The translations under genes and the position numbers were made by a program. This document shows, piece after piece, positions 1-9,374 of a DNA stretch of 64,000 nt. Source of the DNA: a virus; IMG/VR virus record IMGVR_UViG_3300023094_000009, positions 64,001 through 128,000 of that record, one strand, 5' to 3'. Under the pieces are notes generated by a model that was given only the letters and a program-made list of their open reading frames with translations, was not told the DNA's origin and searched no databases. Within the stretch, counting starts at the first letter, position 1, and each line of letters opens with the position of its first letter.

Positions 1-1
1 G

Positions 2-1072
2 CCTGTCGGAAGTTATGTAACAGATGCTTCAAATACAGAAGTTGGAGTTACTTTAAGTGGAGCACCTGTAGGAGCAACTATCACAAGTGTTACTTTTACT
101 CCTCAATCATATGTTACTCCTTGTACTTTTCCTTGCGGATTTACTTTGTGTTACCAGTATAACTCTTGGGTGAGAATGGAATATTGGAACGGATCTTCGT
201 GGATAGTCATAACTACATGCAATTCCCCTGTAACTATTAGTAATTTTAATGGTAATGCTGTAAACGGTCAAAACATTAAAATAAGGACTATTAATATTGA
301 TGCTTTTTCAGACTATGTCTACACTGATTTATCTAATGTTACTGCAACCTATCAATACAACCCCACTATTACTTATTCTTGGTCACCCAATACTGTAAAC
401 GGATACACCACTCTTTCTAGTGTTACAATACTTAACCCAACTGTCACTCCTGCTAATACAACACTCTACACTTTAACTGCAACATCAAATGGATGTTCTG
501 CGTCTGATGCTGTCCTCATCACTATGCCTTGTGCATTACCTGTTGAACTTACTAATTTTTCAGCTCATTGTCAAAGTGGGATTTCTTTTATTAAGTGGGA
601 AACAGCTTCTGAGAGTAATTCTGATTATTTTTTAGTGGAAAATTCAAGGGATGGGGAAAGTTGGACAGTGGTTAATTCTGTGGGGGGGGCTGGTAATTCA
701 AATAGTCCTAATTCTTATGAAACTGTTGATTATTCTTTTCGCGGAGAAACAAGTTACTACAGACTTAGGCAAGTTGACTTTGATGGAAATTTTGAAGTGT
801 TTGAGCCTGTAAGTGTTTCTTGTGAGGAAGAGGAAGACAGAATCTCAATTCATCCAAATCCTAACACTGGAAAATTCTTTTTGGAAATATACTCAGAGAA
901 AGATAAGGGAATGCAAGATGTAAACTTAATAGACAATACTGGACGACTAGTTAAGACTAGGAAGATTGACATTAATAATGGAACGACAGTGGTTAATTTT
1001 ACCATTGATTTACCAAGCGGAGTTTACTTACTTTCTGTTTCAGGAATGAATCAAAAATTTATAATTGAATGA
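2..1072 (+). CDS. T9SS type A sorting domain (CTD)-containing protein, 5' truncated by window
   Basis: Frame open from base 2. Contains LPVELTNFSA, WETASESNSDYF.VE.S.DG, YYRLRQVDFDG and a C-terminal IHPNP...LPSGVYLL...QKFIIE, typical of Bacteroidota T9SS cargo. Confidence 0.85.
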   Translation, partial: PVGSYVTDASNTEVGVTLSGAPVGATITSVTFTPQSYVTPCTFPCGFTLCYQYNSWVRMEYWNGSSWIVITTCNSPVTISNFNGNAVNGQNIKIRTINIDAFSDYVYTDLSNVTATYQYNPTITYSWSPNTVNGYTTLSSVTILNPTVTPANTTLYTLTATSNGCSASDAVLITMPCALPVELTNFSAHCQSGISFIKWETASESNSDYFLVENSRDGESWTVVNSVGGAGNSNSPNSYETVDYSFRGETSYYRLRQVDFDGNFEVFEPVSVSCEEEEDRISIHPNPNTGKFFLEIYSEKDKGMQDVNLIDNTGRLVKTRKIDINNGTTVVNFTIDLPSGVYLLSVSGMNQKFIIE

Positions 1073-1372
1073 AATTAAAAAACTTATTCAGAAAAAAAGG
1101 TTCTGGAACCACTTCCTGTAATTCTAAAAGAAACTAAATACAATATTCTTCTAGAGATTTTTGAAAAGACAGAACTTGAATTAGAAATTGACAGATATTT
1201 TGGGCGTGAAGGCAAAAATACAATTCTTTACAACAATGTAAGAAAGACCTATGAAAAATATATGTGGGAGTATGCAAGCGAGAGCATAACAATTTTAACA
1301 AACCAACTTCCCACGCAAATTTGGAAAGTAATGAATCACACAATACAAATTAAAAACACAAATAATGAATAA
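1069..1372 (+). pseudogene. ~100-aa hypothetical protein frameshifted in an A7 run (1092-1098)
   Basis: ATG 1069 overlaps the upstream stop. Removing one A joins MKLKNLFRK to KVLEPLPVILKE...NTNNE*, whose stop overlaps the next ATG. Confidence 0.65.
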
Positions 1373-1664
1373 AGAAAATTACATCGCACAAAAAGAGCTA
1401 ATTCTAGAGAAACAAAGAGCCTTGACAAAAGAACTGTCTGATCTAAAGGAGAAGTACATTAAAGAGTGTGCTCCATGCAAAATTGATGAAAGAGTAAAAG
1501 TGGTACACAATTCTGGAAGAACTGAAAATATGGTTGTGAAAGGATTTGGAATTTTTAAAGATGAAGTTTACATAGAGAAATTCAACAAAATTAAATCAGA
1601 CGGAGATGCGGAATCAACTTTCCGTTACATTTCAACAGGACATGGGAAGATTGAAAAGCTATAA
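1365..1664 (+). CDS. hypothetical phage protein
   Basis: 99-aa ORF in a tightly packed operon. Confidence 0.7.
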   Translation: MNKENYIAQKELILEKQRALTKELSDLKEKYIKECAPCKIDERVKVVHNSGRTENMVVKGFGIFKDEVYIEKFNKIKSDGDAESTFRYISTGHGKIEKL

Positions 1665-1683
1665 TGACGGAGTAATTGCTGTG

Positions 1684-1980
1684 ATGCACGTACAGATTGA
1701 TGTTAAAGGAAAGAATTATATTGAAGCCAATTACGATGTGGAAAATGATTCTTACTATGGAGTGTATCTGAGGGTAGGTAAGAGGTGGAATGCTGATAGT
1801 GAATATTGGATTTTTAACTCTTTTTTGCCGATTTTGAAAAGGTTTAAGAAGAGGCGTTTAACAGAAGATGATAAATATCAGATGAAAAGATTTGACATAG
1901 ATTTTATCACAGAAGACAATGTTAGAGATTTCCTTCAAGCGTTTAAGTTATTTTTGAAAATGACAAATTACGAATTTTAA
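1684..1980 (+). CDS. hypothetical phage protein (start uncertain)
   Basis: 3' part of ORF 1606-1980; ATG 1684 avoids overlap with the upstream gene. Confidence 0.6.
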   Translation: MHVQIDVKGKNYIEANYDVENDSYYGVYLRVGKRWNADSEYWIFNSFLPILKRFKKRRLTEDDKYQMKRFDIDFITEDNVRDFLQAFKLFLKMTNYEF

Positions 1981-1992
1981 CTGATTATTAAC

Positions 1993-2022
1993 AAGCCTTG
2001 CAGATTTTTGTGAGGCTTTTTT
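1993..2022 (+). terminator. intrinsic terminator
   Basis: AAGCCTTGCA...TGTGAGGCTT stem followed by a T-run. Confidence 0.65.
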
Positions 2023-2025
2023 GTT

Positions 2026-2033
2026 TAACTTTG
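2026..2033 (+). promoter_or_regulatory. Bacteroidota -7 promoter element TAACTTTG
   Basis: Matches TAnnTTTG; 4 nt before ATG 2038. Confidence 0.75.
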
Positions 2034-2037
2034 TGGT

Positions 2038-2307
2038 ATGAAGAATTTAACACCAATCTTAGAAGCGATTGAACATACGAGAAAAAGAATACATTTTTTG
2101 ATTGATACTAATACATTAACCATTGATTCAATTGTGATAAATGAATTGAAATGTCAAATTGAAATGCTGGAATCCCTCTTGCCAAAGGAGCGGGAAGTTA
2201 TTGAATCAGCCTTTGAATCAGCAATTCATTGTATTGAGGGTCATGACTGGGAGTATACAAAAGATCGAACAGAATATTTCAACGAAACATTCAACACAGA
2301 GTTATGA
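2038..2307 (+). CDS. hypothetical phage protein
   Basis: 89-aa ORF directly after the promoter. Confidence 0.7.
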   Translation: MKNLTPILEAIEHTRKRIHFLIDTNTLTIDSIVINELKCQIEMLESLLPKEREVIESAFESAIHCIEGHDWEYTKDRTEYFNETFNTEL

Positions 2308-3218
2308 GCTTAGAGTCTATCAAGTTCCAATATTTTTCTGCGAATGTGTATGATACTTCTGTTTTGGGAAAAGTTTCTTTGTCTGACTTCATTAGAGCCA
2401 ATAAAAATCCTAAGCCTCGAGTAAAGGAAATCTTCAAGCAAATTGAGGAAGCGACTCTGGCGGGGGATTTAAAACTGAAAGGTAAACTAAAAACAGAAAA
2501 TCTTGTTTACTTTTGTCCTGCTTGTATGTTCCAATCGAGAAGGAGAAATGATGACATTATTTCAATAAATCCTATACTAGTTTTGGATTTTGACGGCTTA
2601 GACAATGCAGAGGAATTTAAGCAGTTCTTATTTGACTCTTGTTCTTTTATTATTTGTTGCTATTTATCACCCTCAAAATCAGGAGTTAAGGCATTGGTCT
2701 TGTTAGAAGATGGTATTGAAACTATAGAGGAGTGGAAAAGTTATTACTATGGATTAGCTTACTATATGTGTAAATACAAAGGCTTTGATTCCTCCTCCTC
2801 CTCAATATCGTTGCCTCTTTTCCTCTCCTATGATGAAAATCTCCTATATAGAGAAAATCCTACAACATGGACTCAAAAAGGAAAGAAAATAAATGAATTT
2901 GATTATAAGAGTGATGTTGAATTAACTTTTGAGGGAGAGAGAACTGAATATGAAAAGAACATTGTAAAAAAGAAAATTCGTACAATGATCGAGACTATTG
3001 AGGACAACGCGCACCCAACCGTCAGAAGCGTTTCCATACTCTGCGGAGGATACTGTGCATTTGGATACTTGACAGAGCAAGAAGCTAAAGAATTAATTTA
3101 TCAATTGATTGATGAAAATTCTTATACTTGTCAGAAGGCTAACAACTATAAAAAAACTGTTGATAAATTTCTAGTAGATGGTATGAAGCGACCTCTAGAA
3201 TTAGAACTAAACAATTGA
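2304..3218 (+). CDS. VirE N-terminal/BT4734-like (primase-polymerase-related) protein
   Basis: LVLDFDGL and YLSPSKSGVKALV motifs; helical C-terminal domain. Confidence 0.75.
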   Translation: MSLESIKFQYFSANVYDTSVLGKVSLSDFIRANKNPKPRVKEIFKQIEEATLAGDLKLKGKLKTENLVYFCPACMFQSRRRNDDIISINPILVLDFDGLDNAEEFKQFLFDSCSFIICCYLSPSKSGVKALVLLEDGIETIEEWKSYYYGLAYYMCKYKGFDSSSSSISLPLFLSYDENLLYRENPTTWTQKGKKINEFDYKSDVELTFEGERTEYEKNIVKKKIRTMIETIEDNAHPTVRSVSILCGGYCAFGYLTEQEAKELIYQLIDENSYTCQKANNYKKTVDKFLVDGMKRPLELELNN

Positions 3219-3222
3219 AAAT

Positions 3223-3468
3223 ATGACGTCACCACTAAGATTGTATCTCGTAGATTCTGTAACAGGAAAATGTACAGGTAAGAAAAGAGATTATCCTTCA
3301 GAAGCTCACTTCATTAAATATGGACGTGAAACTTATGAAAGGTATAACCGAGAGTACTACTACACTGACAAGCCCACTCACACCAAGGCTAAACTTTGTT
3401 TCCTCAATGAAGAGGGTAAATGGGAAGAAGCTAGTGAGGAGCAATTAAAAATTTTAACAACCCATTAA
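3223..3468 (+). CDS. hypothetical phage protein
   Basis: 81-aa ORF. Confidence 0.65.
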   Translation: MTSPLRLYLVDSVTGKCTGKKRDYPSEAHFIKYGRETYERYNREYYYTDKPTHTKAKLCFLNEEGKWEEASEEQLKILTTH

Positions 3469-3491
3469 CATTTTATCCAGTAAATAAACGT

Positions 3492-3499
3492 TAACTTTG
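3492..3499 (+). promoter_or_regulatory. -7 promoter element TAACTTTG
   Basis: TAnnTTTG in the intergenic gap before 3529. Confidence 0.7.
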
Positions 3500-3528
3500 T
3501 ACAAGGAAAATTTAAAATTTTACCAAAC

Positions 3529-4137
3529 ATGAAAAAAGAAGAAATATATGTCATAATTGACAGTGAGGAAAAGAAAAATAGGGCTGTTGAAATCCTCGAA
3601 AATGCAGGGGAGAAAATTTGGGATTCAGCAGATGCTTTAAGGTTTGATGATAATGATTGGTTTATAACGCATAGAGTAGAAGGTGAAGAAATTACCCTCG
3701 ATCAATTGGAAGAGTTGTTGATGCCTAAACTAGAATCAGAATACCCTCAAGAAATGCTTGTCTGGGACGAAATCGAAGAGCTTAAAATTCAAAAGACTGT
3801 TTTAGGCTTATTCAATGATCAATATGTAGTGTTTGATCCTTCTACAGATGGAGCTACTTATCTCACTTACTTGAATGCTTCTCCTATTGTTGAAGAACAG
3901 ATTCCCTTGATGACTTATACTTGTGGTAGGGGCGATATTAGTATTGGAGTTGGTGAGGATTATATTTCTTTTTCAGTTCTTTCTTCGCCCCGAAAAGTTG
4001 GTGAAGATATTACAGGAATGTATTTACCAGAGAGCGATTTAACAAAAGTGTATTTTGAAAATGTAGAATCTCTAGAAGTTTTGCAAGAGAAAGTTGATAC
4101 ATTGAGAAGATGGTTGCTCAGAAACAAAAAACAATAA
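3529..4137 (+). CDS. hypothetical phage protein
   Basis: 202-aa acidic ORF. Confidence 0.7.
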   Translation: MKKEEIYVIIDSEEKKNRAVEILENAGEKIWDSADALRFDDNDWFITHRVEGEEITLDQLEELLMPKLESEYPQEMLVWDEIEELKIQKTVLGLFNDQYVVFDPSTDGATYLTYLNASPIVEEQIPLMTYTCGRGDISIGVGEDYISFSVLSSPRKVGEDITGMYLPESDLTKVYFENVESLEVLQEKVDTLRRWLLRNKKQ

Positions 4138-4139
4138 TT

Positions 4140-4364
4140 ATGGAAAAATTAATTACATTTTTAACAGTAATTTCTTGGATTTCGGGGATTATTTCGACTA
4201 TCTGGTTCTTTAGTATTTTGATTAAAGTATCAAAGTATGAGGATTCTTTTCGAGGAATGGTTGATAGACGTTTAGGCGTTGACAGGACTTCTGAAGCTTA
4301 CACGTATGCGAGAAAGTGTTTTGTAGTTGCAATAGTATGTTGGACTTTTATCATTGTGTTTTAG
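4140..4364 (+). CDS. small two-TM membrane protein
   Basis: Two hydrophobic stretches; start reassigned to ATG 4140. Confidence 0.65.
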   Translation: MEKLITFLTVISWISGIISTIWFFSILIKVSKYEDSFRGMVDRRLGVDRTSEAYTYARKCFVVAIVCWTFIIVF

Positions 4365-4366
4365 TT

Positions 4367-4555
4367 ATGAAAAGTTTAGAGGAAATAAAAAGAATTGTGA
4401 TGAAGTGGTCAGGGTTTGAACTTGAAGGAGAAACAGAGGCAGACTTAATCCGTAGTGTTGGTGACATATCCTACCAGTTACAATGTGAAATTTCTGATCA
4501 AGAAAAAGGTATTAGAAAATTAATTCAAGAATTAGATATAGAAGAAGGCGTATGA
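4367..4555 (+). CDS. hypothetical protein
   Basis: MKSLEEIK...; start reassigned to ATG 4367. Confidence 0.6.
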   Translation: MKSLEEIKRIVMKWSGFELEGETEADLIRSVGDISYQLQCEISDQEKGIRKLIQELDIEEGV

Positions 4556-4674
4556 GAAAAGAGGATTTTTACGCACCAGACTGGCAGGAAAAACAAAAGA
4601 AATACAAACTGATTATTCCCTGCAAGCTTTGTCAGATTGAAGAGTTTAAACCTATTAAAGTTAAAAGAAAATGA
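4552..4674 (+). CDS. 40-aa CxxC peptide (not in ORF track)
   Basis: MRKEDFYAPDWQ...PCKLCQ...; ATGA overlaps at both ends. Confidence 0.55.
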   Translation: MRKEDFYAPDWQEKQKKYKLIIPCKLCQIEEFKPIKVKRK

Positions 4675-4946
4675 GAATCAAAATTACAAAATTAAAAGAA
4701 TTGCCAGATGCACTTAATCCTAACAACATTGAAGAAGGATGGAGCAAAGAGTTTGAAATTCCTACAGAATATTGGAGAGAGCCTTGTGTGGGAGAAAGAT
4801 TCTATGCCTCTCTTTCATGGTCTACTAGCGGAATTCAGGAGATTATTGATGATAAGACATTTAGAACTTATAGCTCTATTTACAGATGGGAGATCTTAGA
4901 AAATGTTTACTCCTTTTATGCACATTCAAAAGATGGAATTTTATGA
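4671..4946 (+). CDS. hypothetical protein
   Basis: 91-aa ORF, ATGA coupling. Confidence 0.65.
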   Translation: MRIKITKLKELPDALNPNNIEEGWSKEFEIPTEYWREPCVGERFYASLSWSTSGIQEIIDDKTFRTYSSIYRWEILENVYSFYAHSKDGIL

Positions 4947-5125
4947 GAAAAGGGTTTATTGCATTCATTTTTATTTGGATTTTTGTTTGGCTACTATCCT
5001 ATCCTACAAGTTATGTTGGGAGTTTAGGTGTTTATATATTTGGTAACTATTGTTTGTATTTATTCGTTCTTTTTTCAGTTTTGTTTGCCGGAATTTTGAT
5101 TGATCACCTAACGCCAAAGAAATGA
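4943..5125 (+). CDS. small two-TM membrane protein
   Basis: Very hydrophobic 60-aa ORF, ATGA overlaps at both ends. Confidence 0.6.
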   Translation: MRKGFIAFIFIWIFVWLLSYPTSYVGSLGVYIFGNYCLYLFVLFSVLFAGILIDHLTPKK

Positions 5126-5352
5126 AGAAATGTTTCAGGTGTAAGCTACAAAAATCTCTTTCAGCATTCGATGTAGACAGAAGGAAATACCAACTACCAT
5201 CGGATCTTGGCACTTGTAAGGTTTGTATCAAATGTAACTTAGAAAGAGCATTAAAGGACTTGTCTACCATTAAATTTAACTTTGAAGATAATAAATTTGA
5301 AGTGAAAAAGTTTGAAAATAAAGAAGAAGCAATCAAATATTTTGACAAATGA
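5122..5352 (+). CDS. zinc-finger protein
   Basis: CFRC...CKVC. Confidence 0.6.
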   Translation: MKKCFRCKLQKSLSAFDVDRRKYQLPSDLGTCKVCIKCNLERALKDLSTIKFNFEDNKFEVKKFENKEEAIKYFDK

Positions 5353-5675
5353 AAATACTCTTTATATGCACAGCCAACAAAGATAGAAGTAGAACTGCGG
5401 AAATACACTTTCAAAATAAATACCCTCAATACATTTTCAGAAGTGCAGGGATAAACAAATATCTCAGTGAAAAACATGGAGGTATTTATGTACAAGAATA
5501 TATGCTTGAAGCAACAGACAGAATTATTTGCATGGAAGATATTCATGCCAAATGGTTAGATGTAACTTATGAAGGTAAATATTCTAATAAGATAGAAACT
5601 CTTTACCTTGGAGATACAGAAACTTTCATGTCGGAATCTTTAATTGAGCTTCTAGAAAATAAATTAACTATATAA
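5349..5675 (+). CDS. low-molecular-weight protein-tyrosine phosphatase-like protein
   Basis: N-terminal ILFICTANKDRS (CX5RS P-loop), FRSAG, DRIICME. Confidence 0.85.
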   Translation: MKILFICTANKDRSRTAEIHFQNKYPQYIFRSAGINKYLSEKHGGIYVQEYMLEATDRIICMEDIHAKWLDVTYEGKYSNKIETLYLGDTETFMSESLIELLENKLTI

Positions 5676-5679
5676 TAAC

Positions 5680-5709
5680 ATCCTCACTGAATTTTGGTGG
5701 GGATTTTTT
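5680..5709 (+). terminator. intrinsic terminator
   Basis: ATCCTCACTGA...TTGGTGGGGAT stem plus T-run. Confidence 0.65.
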
Positions 5710-5712
5710 GTT

Positions 5713-5720
5713 TAACTTTG
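5713..5720 (+). promoter_or_regulatory. -7 promoter element TAACTTTG
   Basis: Within a 24-nt sequence identical to 2017-2040. Confidence 0.75.
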
Positions 5721-5724
5721 TGGT

Positions 5725-6258
5725 ATGGAAAAAGAGAAAGTACACATTAAAGACATCAAGGAAGACACTATCAATGAACCTCGTAAGATATTTGTCGTTG
5801 GAGATAAAAAGTATTATGCTGATAGGATTAGCAAGGCTCAGTTATCAACACATGTCGATTGCGAGTTATGCTCAAAAGAATTTGAGAAACCTTACACCCA
5901 TTCTAAATTTTGTCCTGAATGTAAAATTAAGGTGGACAATGAGAAATTCTTGGCACTTCCACTAGTTGAGTGGGATGAAGAGTGTCCTTTAGTTATTTGG
6001 GGGGATGATAAGTGGTTTTATAGCAGAGAAGATATAGAAGAGTTTTGTGATGAACATGAGATTGAACTATCAGATTTACAACTGGTAACATCCTATAAAA
6101 CCTCTTTTTCTGAAATTGATTTTGAATATTGGGCTGATAATCTTCATGAAGATTGGGATGATAAAGTTTTTGACGAGAAATTGAAAGAATTTAATAAATT
6201 CCTAAGGGAACACGATACAAACACGTGGATGCCAACAAATAAACGAGTAGAATTATGA
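5725..6258 (+). CDS. hypothetical protein with CxxC...CxxC zinc ribbon
   Basis: CELC...CPEC. Confidence 0.7.
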   Translation: MEKEKVHIKDIKEDTINEPRKIFVVGDKKYYADRISKAQLSTHVDCELCSKEFEKPYTHSKFCPECKIKVDNEKFLALPLVEWDEECPLVIWGDDKWFYSREDIEEFCDEHEIELSDLQLVTSYKTSFSEIDFEYWADNLHEDWDDKVFDEKLKEFNKFLREHDTNTWMPTNKRVEL

Positions 6259-6548
6259 AGAGATTAACATCAGAAGATCTATTCTCACTCCAATATGGAG
6301 ACAGAGTTTACCACAGAAAAAGTTCCTCCTACTGTGATGCTTTTAGATATGTAGGACGTATGCCTTCCTCAGAGAGATATTTAATATTCTCAGAAGGTGA
6401 AAAGCTAAAACACCTATATATTAATCAGGATGGTACTTTTAGAGGAGAGTGGTATTCGGGTGATTACGATGATAAATTTATTATTCAAGTAAGAATAGTA
6501 GAACTGGAAAAAGAGTTAGAGACTTTAAGAAAAGAACTCCATGTTTGA
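6255..6548 (+). CDS. hypothetical protein
   Basis: 97-aa ORF. Confidence 0.65.
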   Translation: MKRLTSEDLFSLQYGDRVYHRKSSSYCDAFRYVGRMPSSERYLIFSEGEKLKHLYINQDGTFRGEWYSGDYDDKFIIQVRIVELEKELETLRKELHV

Positions 6549-7173
6549 AGACGAAGAAATAATTGAAGGTGATGATAGCTTGTCTCTAAGAGAATACATC
6601 AACAGTTTTAGGTTTGCCTTTGAAGGAGAGAAGAAGTTTATTCAAGAGAATGATTGGTCTACTTTGTCTTCTGTGAGTGATAGAAAGAGTTTGTATGATT
6701 TGCAGGAACAGTTTGTTTCTACTATTCTTTCACGCGCCGAAGAGATAATCAAGAAATCCAAAGGTGCTCTGTCTCCTACAACAGAAGAGTTGGTTAAAAC
6801 TTTAGCTGGATTGGGTGATATTCATAAAGACAGGATTCAAGGCTTTATCAAGGACAAGGATTGGGCATCAAAGTTTGACATAAACAACATCAAGGACTTT
6901 GCTTCAGAAGGAGAGTTTATTGCCAAGTTGAATACCTCTTTGGAGCAGATAAAAAAGAAACTGTCTAAGATTAAAATAAAGGAATATGAGTTTGATATTC
7001 CTCTAAGAAAAGGACAATATGTTGCGCTTCCAATGATGGAACGATTTGTCGCACAATTTCCTGAGATAGAGGAAAAACTTAAATTGAAACCCGTTGAGGA
7101 AGTTAAGGCTGAGAAGAAAGTACCCATAAAACGTAAAACTACTAAAAAGAAAACAGATGTTAAAAATACTTAG
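6541..7173 (+). CDS. hypothetical helical protein
   Basis: 210-aa ORF with basic C-tail. Confidence 0.7.
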   Translation: MFEDEEIIEGDDSLSLREYINSFRFAFEGEKKFIQENDWSTLSSVSDRKSLYDLQEQFVSTILSRAEEIIKKSKGALSPTTEELVKTLAGLGDIHKDRIQGFIKDKDWASKFDINNIKDFASEGEFIAKLNTSLEQIKKKLSKIKIKEYEFDIPLRKGQYVALPMMERFVAQFPEIEEKLKLKPVEEVKAEKKVPIKRKTTKKKTDVKNT

Positions 7174-7498
7174 GATAGGAAAAGGTAAAAATATGAGTGT
7201 TCCAAAAGCAGCTCTTGTATTCTACTTCTCAGAGTATGAAGGATCTGTACTTACATATGGACATATGGATGAGATGCACCGAATTATTGATATTGCAGGT
7301 GCTAAACATCAAAGCATGCTTTCCCCTACTCAAGTTATTAGTTCTCTTAGAAATTCTCCCTATTGGGATTGTAATCTGATTAGGGGCTTTTACCCTGGAC
7401 TTGCAGGACATGGAGGGGCGTGTGTCTGTAAACCTTCCAAGAAAGGAGAACAATTATATAAGTTAAAACTGATTAAAGATGAAGAAATACAGAATTAA
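7157..7498 (+). CDS. hypothetical protein
   Basis: 113-aa ORF. Confidence 0.6.
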   Translation: MLKILRIGKGKNMSVPKAALVFYFSEYEGSVLTYGHMDEMHRIIDIAGAKHQSMLSPTQVISSLRNSPYWDCNLIRGFYPGLAGHGGACVCKPSKKGEQLYKLKLIKDEEIQN

Positions 7499-7665
7499 GC
7501 AAGTAGGTAATAAATTTTATCCCCCAAGAAAATTTCTTTTTCTTTTGGGAAAATCTAACAGATAAAGATGGGATAGATGTTATCAGATTTGACTTAGAAG
7601 ATGCAAAGTATTTCATAGAAAAATATATAGAAGACTCAAAAACAATATTCCACAAATATCCATGA
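7479..7665 (+). pseudogene. ~61-aa phage protein frameshifted at a C5 or T5 run (7521-7541)
   Basis: MKKYRIKQVGNKFYP joins ...FFWENLTDKD...KTIFHKYP* if one base is removed; the stop overlaps the next ATG. Confidence 0.6.
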
Positions 7666-7907
7666 AATACATAACAGACACAATCCGTGAGAATGCTACT
7701 AAATTTTTTCCAAAAGGAACTGTTTTCAACAATGATGAGCTGTGCCATATGGATTTAGACCCTTGTAAAGGGATAGATAAAACAATAGTTGATCCCTATA
7801 TTATGGTTAAAGGGGAAACACTTGTTGCGCTAGGTAGGATAGAAAATGATCTTACTTATTACTGTACTATTTATGACCTTAAAAGGGGTTGGGCTAAAAT
7901 CGTTTAG
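7662..7907 (+). CDS. hypothetical protein
   Basis: 81-aa ORF. Confidence 0.65.
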   Translation: MKYITDTIRENATKFFPKGTVFNNDELCHMDLDPCKGIDKTIVDPYIMVKGETLVALGRIENDLTYYCTIYDLKRGWAKIV

Positions 7908-9374
7908 ATGAAATACGAATTATTTAATTTTCAAAAGAAAGCCCTTGCATTGTGTGAGGGCTTTTTGTTTGATTCACCTCTGAAAAGTGGATTGTGTATA
8001 ATACCTACCGCTGGGGGTAAATCCGTCATCAATGCTAAACTTTGCGCTTCGCTTAGAGGTGTTCCTACTTTGGTGGTTGTTCCTTCTGAGGAATTACTTA
8101 GACAGAATTATGATGCTATGGTTAAGGAAGGGTTGGAAGTTTCTATCTATTCTGCTTCCATGAACTCAAAGGTTATTTCTTCTCTTACTATTGCTACAAT
8201 AGGATCTTTGAAGGATAAAGGGAAAGAGTTTAAAGACTTTGGTGTTAAGTTTGTTTTTATAGATGAGGCTCATTTTAAGTTTTCTTCTTTCAGTTTTTTG
8301 AGGAGCTCCCCTCTTTCCGGCGATTCTGGTGAAGTGCGAGATGCAATATTCAAAGGATTCATGAAGGATTTGAAACCCAAGAAACTTTTAGGCTTTACAG
8401 CTACGCCTTTCATATTGTCAACTGTTGGTGGAATGGCTTCGCTTAAATCTCTCATAAATGTCAGAGGAGGATTCTTTAAGGATATCATACACCTTACACA
8501 AATTCAGGAAGTGATCAAGGAAGGACGTTGGGGTGAGATTAAATACGATCTCCACCCCGTCAAAGATTACCAACTGAAAGTAAATACTTCGGGAGCTGAA
8601 TACTCCAAAGAATCGATAGATCTGTTCTTGAAAGAGAATGAGGTGAATAACCGTGTCTGTCTTCTATTAAAGCAACACCAAGCGACAAAGACACTCACAT
8701 TTGTAGAATCTGTTGATGTTGCTAACAAGATTAAAGAATGGTACAATTCTAAGCTGTTTAAGGGACGATGCGAAGTTGTTTCAGGTGATACTCCCAAAAA
8801 AGAGAGAAAAGCCATTATTGAGGCTTACAAGGACATAAATAGCGATTTATTACACTTAATCAATTACGGTACTTTGACAACAGGTTTTGACTTTCCTCAG
8901 CTTAGTGTTGTAATTGGTGCAAGACCTACAATGTCTTTGGCTTTATATTATCAGATGCTTGGTAGGCTTACCAGAGTACATAAGGATAAAGAGTTTGGAT
9001 TATATATTGATTTGGTGGGTAATTGTTCTAAGTTTGGTTTTATTGAAGACTTGAATTTTGATAGTGTAGGAAAGTTTGTTTTCAGTTGTTTTTCCGGCGA
9101 AAAGTTGCTCACAGATATTCCTCTTACCTTTCCTTATCCTGTGACAAAATCAACAATCAGAAATCCTCCTAAAAGAAAGGCTGTTGCAAATAGGGATATG
9201 AAAATATGGTTTGGCAAGTTTGATGGACAATTAGTAACAAGACTTCCAAAGTGGTACAGAGAATATCTTTTACAGGGAGATTCTTCGGATTTTCCTCTAA
9301 ACGAAAAAAGAGAAGCCCTTATGGAACTCCTCTCTTCACTGAAATATAATGAGTATACTTCTATTCTTACTTAG
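7908..9374 (+). CDS. SF2 DEAD/DEAH-box helicase
   Basis: PTAGGKS (I), DEAH (II), TAT (III), LTTGFDFP (V), QMLGRLTR (VI). Confidence 0.92.
   Translation: MKYELFNFQKKALALCEGFLFDSPLKSGLCIIPTAGGKSVINAKLCASLRGVPTLVVVPSEELLRQNYDAMVKEGLEVSIYSASMNSKVISSLTIATIGSLKDKGKEFKDFGVKFVFIDEAHFKFSSFSFLRSSPLSGDSGEVRDAIFKGFMKDLKPKKLLGFTATPFILSTVGGMASLKSLINVRGGFFKDIIHLTQIQEVIKEGRWGEIKYDLHPVKDYQLKVNTSGAEYSKESIDLFLKENEVNNRVCLLLKQHQATKTLTFVESVDVANKIKEWYNSKLFKGRCEVVSGDTPKKERKAIIEAYKDINSDLLHLINYGTLTTGFDFPQLSVVIGARPTMSLALYYQMLGRLTRVHKDKEFGLYIDLVGNCSKFGFIEDLNFDSVGKFVFSCFSGEKLLTDIPLTFPYPVTKSTIRNPPKRKAVANRDMKIWFGKFDGQLVTRLPKWYREYLLQGDSSDFPLNEKREALMELLSSLKYNEYTSILT

Noticed and set aside
1664-1683. Possible third frameshift (ATG ACG GAG TAA vs MTGVIAV)
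   Set aside because: An in-frame ATG at 1684 explains the gene without a frameshift
5004-5546. 180-aa minus-strand ORF
   Set aside because: Antisense to three coupled plus-strand genes including the phosphatase
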